Assembly (NCBI GenBank): GCA_951406725.2
Contig: OX597817.1
Location: 162,626,001-162,690,000, forward strand
Reading direction: 5' to 3'
Length of the DNA stretch: 64,000 nucleotides
Source: Octopus vulgaris
Lineage: Eukaryota
The notes beneath the pieces were generated by a model. The model saw only the letters and a program-made list of their open reading frames with translations. It had not been told where the DNA came from and did not search any database. The translations under genes and the position numbers were made by a program. Shown in pieces: positions 61,331 through 64,000 of this stretch; position 1 is the stretch's first letter; every line of letters starts with the position of its first letter.

Positions 61331-62812
61331 CAGGGTGTGATAGGTAAATTGTTGCCATTTTATATTTTTAATTATGTGCATTGTATTGTTTTTTATTTTG
61401 TTGACTACACAGTATAGTAGGGTCAATAGAGCACTGTCTGTGAAAAAAAAACACAGCACAATGATGCAATTCACTCTGCCAGAAATTTGGCAACCACATG
61501 CTATACTGCTTGGCATTCGTGCTGGAAGCTCCAATACAAATATTTCAGTGTTTGGGTGTCAATCTGAGAAAAGTGCAGAGGATTCTGAAAGAGTTGGATG
61601 AATCTAATGGTGATTATGAAGGAATAGCAGCTCGGAAAACTCTCTCTGATCATTCTGATAAGTACTCCTGAATTTGTTGGTGAGATCCAGGCCATGATTG
61701 ACAACAATCCCTTGAAGTCAACGAAGGACATGAGGGAGGGGAGTGTCTGAGTTTCTTACCAGGCAGATAATGAATGAAGACATTTGGTATTCCTCATACA
61801 AGATGAAAAAGGGCTAATTTTTATCCCAATCCATCAAGGACAAGAGGAAAGACTGCATTACAAAGCTTTTGAACAAACTCAAGTCAAGTATCCATCCAAA
61901 CATGCTTCGGTTTTTCTCAGACAAAAATTTCTGCCAGGATCAGCTGGTGAGCACACAACGACTATTGGCTTGCCATGTAATGAGAGTGATTAAAATCAAA
62001 CATCATGGTGTTGGAAGTGATGGTGACATACTTCCATTGTTCCACACAGCCTCAAACTTAATATAGAGCCTATATCATAGGTTCTCAAAATGAGTGCTAC
62101 CCCCCCCCAGTGGGTGTTGAGTCGGTGGGGGTGGTAGAGAAAAAGGAGGTATTGGAAGGAAGGCAGTGAATTGAGGGATGATGTGAATTTATTATAGTAT
62201 TGTATATAGATTATATATTATATTAAATATCAAATGATTCATAGTATATATAAATTAGTAAAATATAAAATATTTATACATAAAAATGGGTGGGGGCACT
62301 GAGGGTATTATGTGGCCATGAGGTGGGCGGTGGTCCAAAAGGTTTGAGAACATCTGGCTTACATCAAGTGTCTGGAGAAGGTAGTGCTGCCCTGGGTCAA
62401 AAGGGTGGCTGCTGGAAGACCCTATGTCTGGCAGCAGGACTCTGCACCATGCCACACAAGCAGGAGAACCCAGACAATTTCTGTGACCACATCACTCCTA
62501 ACATCTTGCCACCTAACTCCCCACACTGCAACCCCCTTGATTATTATGTGTGGGGCGCAGTTGAGCGAGAGAGCAACAAAACTCCTTGTAACACCAAAGA
62601 TGAACTGAAGGCAAAGATTATGGTAACATTCACTTAAACAAGGAGATCGTTCAGAAGAGTTACAGGAGATTCCAAAGTCGTCTGGAGGCTGTCGTTGAAG
62701 CCAATGGCAATTTTATTGAATAAATTTACTCTTTTGTATTTCAAGATATTTTTATGTAATTTTGGTAAATATATCTGTTAAAATGAACTGTCAGTGTTCT
62801 TTTTATTTTTGT
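61331..62812 (+). mobile_element. Decayed Tc1/mariner-superfamily transposon, with a probable nested hAT-like MITE at ~62077-62356
   Basis: TA|CAGGGTGT start. Transposase motifs WQQDSAPCH and PPNSPHCNPLDYYVWG lie in broken frames. Confidence 0.85.
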
Positions 62813-63402
62813 TTACTCTCGGGTCTCAAATAATAGGGATGCTGGAATAAGCAGGTGGGCTGGACATTTGCTTAAATTTATATAAGTTGGTGGGTTGGAA
62901 AATTGGTAATTGTATAGTGGTAACTATAAAATTTTTAAATTTTCTAGGTTGTCTCCCTTGATGTTTTTAAAAACCCAGTTATTTATTCTCGTATCTCAAA
63001 CAATAGGGGATGGTGTTGGAATAAGCATAAGGTTGGACATTTGTTTAAATTCATATAAGCGGGTGGGTGGGAATCAGTAACTGTAAAGTGTATGTACGAA
63101 AATTAGGAAAAATAAACATCTTAAACCACATATAATGACACAACGAGGCAAGTGAAAGCACATACGTGTGCTCCAAGCGTTCAGTTTAGTTATACATTTG
63201 TATAATAAAAGTAAAACATTTGTTAATTATGGTAATTAATGGGATTTTTATTTATTTATTTACTTATTTTTGTAAATGCTACGAATAAAACATATTGATA
63301 CAAGTAACACGTCTTAAAAAGTAAGAAAAGTAAAACACAATGAAAAGAGTATAATTACCGTTTCGTGAACTGCGGTATTAATTATACTATACATAGTAAA
63401 TT

Positions 63403-63732
63403 CGTGGCTCAGTGGTTAGAGCGTCGAGCTTACGATCGTGAGGTTGTGAGCTCGAATCCCGGACCGGGCTGCGTGTTGTGTTCTTGAGCAAGACACTTTA
63501 TTTCACGTTGCTCCAGTTCACTCAGCTGTAGAAATGAGTTGCGACGTCACAGGTGCCAAGCTGTATCGACCTTTGTCTTTCCCTTGGATAACACTGGTGG
63601 CGTGGAGAGGGGAGGCCGGTATGCATGAGCGACTGCTGGTCTTCCATAAAACAACCTTGCCCAGACTTGTGCCTTAGAGGGTAACTCTCTAGGTGCAAAC
63701 CCATGGTCAGTGTCTGACCGAAGGGGGTCACC
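63403..63732 (+). mobile_element. tRNA-derived SINE (family C)
   Basis: Homologous to 7188-7512 over ~320 bp. Confidence 0.85.
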
Positions 63733-64000
63733 ACCACATAGTAAAACATAGCACAGACTCCTAATTTTTCGTCACTGTCATTCTGCAAGTTTCTCGGTTT
63801 CGATATTCGCTTCTTTACGGATCACTGAGCTTCACTGGCAGCTGAGATGAGTTTGCTTCGATATGGCAAGAAAAGTGTAGAGGTCTCGTTTTCATCCAAC
63901 CCCAGTATTTTTCCAAGGAACATGGCATCTTTATTTACCCTATTGAAGGTGGGTGTCTTAATGTCAACCAGAGAAGTTGAATTGTTGAGAATCTTTTTAA

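Overview
AT-rich, repeat-dense animal genomic DNA, most likely an Octopus (coleoid cephalopod). This assignment is inferred from the SINE families, a cephalopod-type 5S relic and tandem C2H2 genes. (1) 488-19509 (+): the last 11 coding exons of DTL/CDT2 (denticleless, the CRL4 substrate receptor); all introns are GT-AG and phase-consistent, and the 5' exons lie outside the window. (2) 30393-33855 (+): a candidate two-exon orphan gene (~238 aa, CxxC plus 13-aa repeats), with a dense nuclear-receptor half-site cluster (perfect DR5) about 3.8 kb upstream. (3) 39.2-59.6 kb: three paralogous pure C2H2 zinc-finger genes (17, 10 and 15 fingers). They share a non-coding first exon, a 5' UTR and a 3' end, and each has a different lesion. 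Two carry the same non-autonomous Helitron at homologous intron sites 5 bp apart. The remainder is SINEs (CORE-like, Meta-like, (GAT)n-tailed), MITEs, Helitrons, relics of Tc1/mariner, Gypsy, Penelope, CR1 and RTE, a tRNA-head plus hammerhead-like element and a 5S pseudogene. Homologies were recognised by eye from memory; no searches were run.
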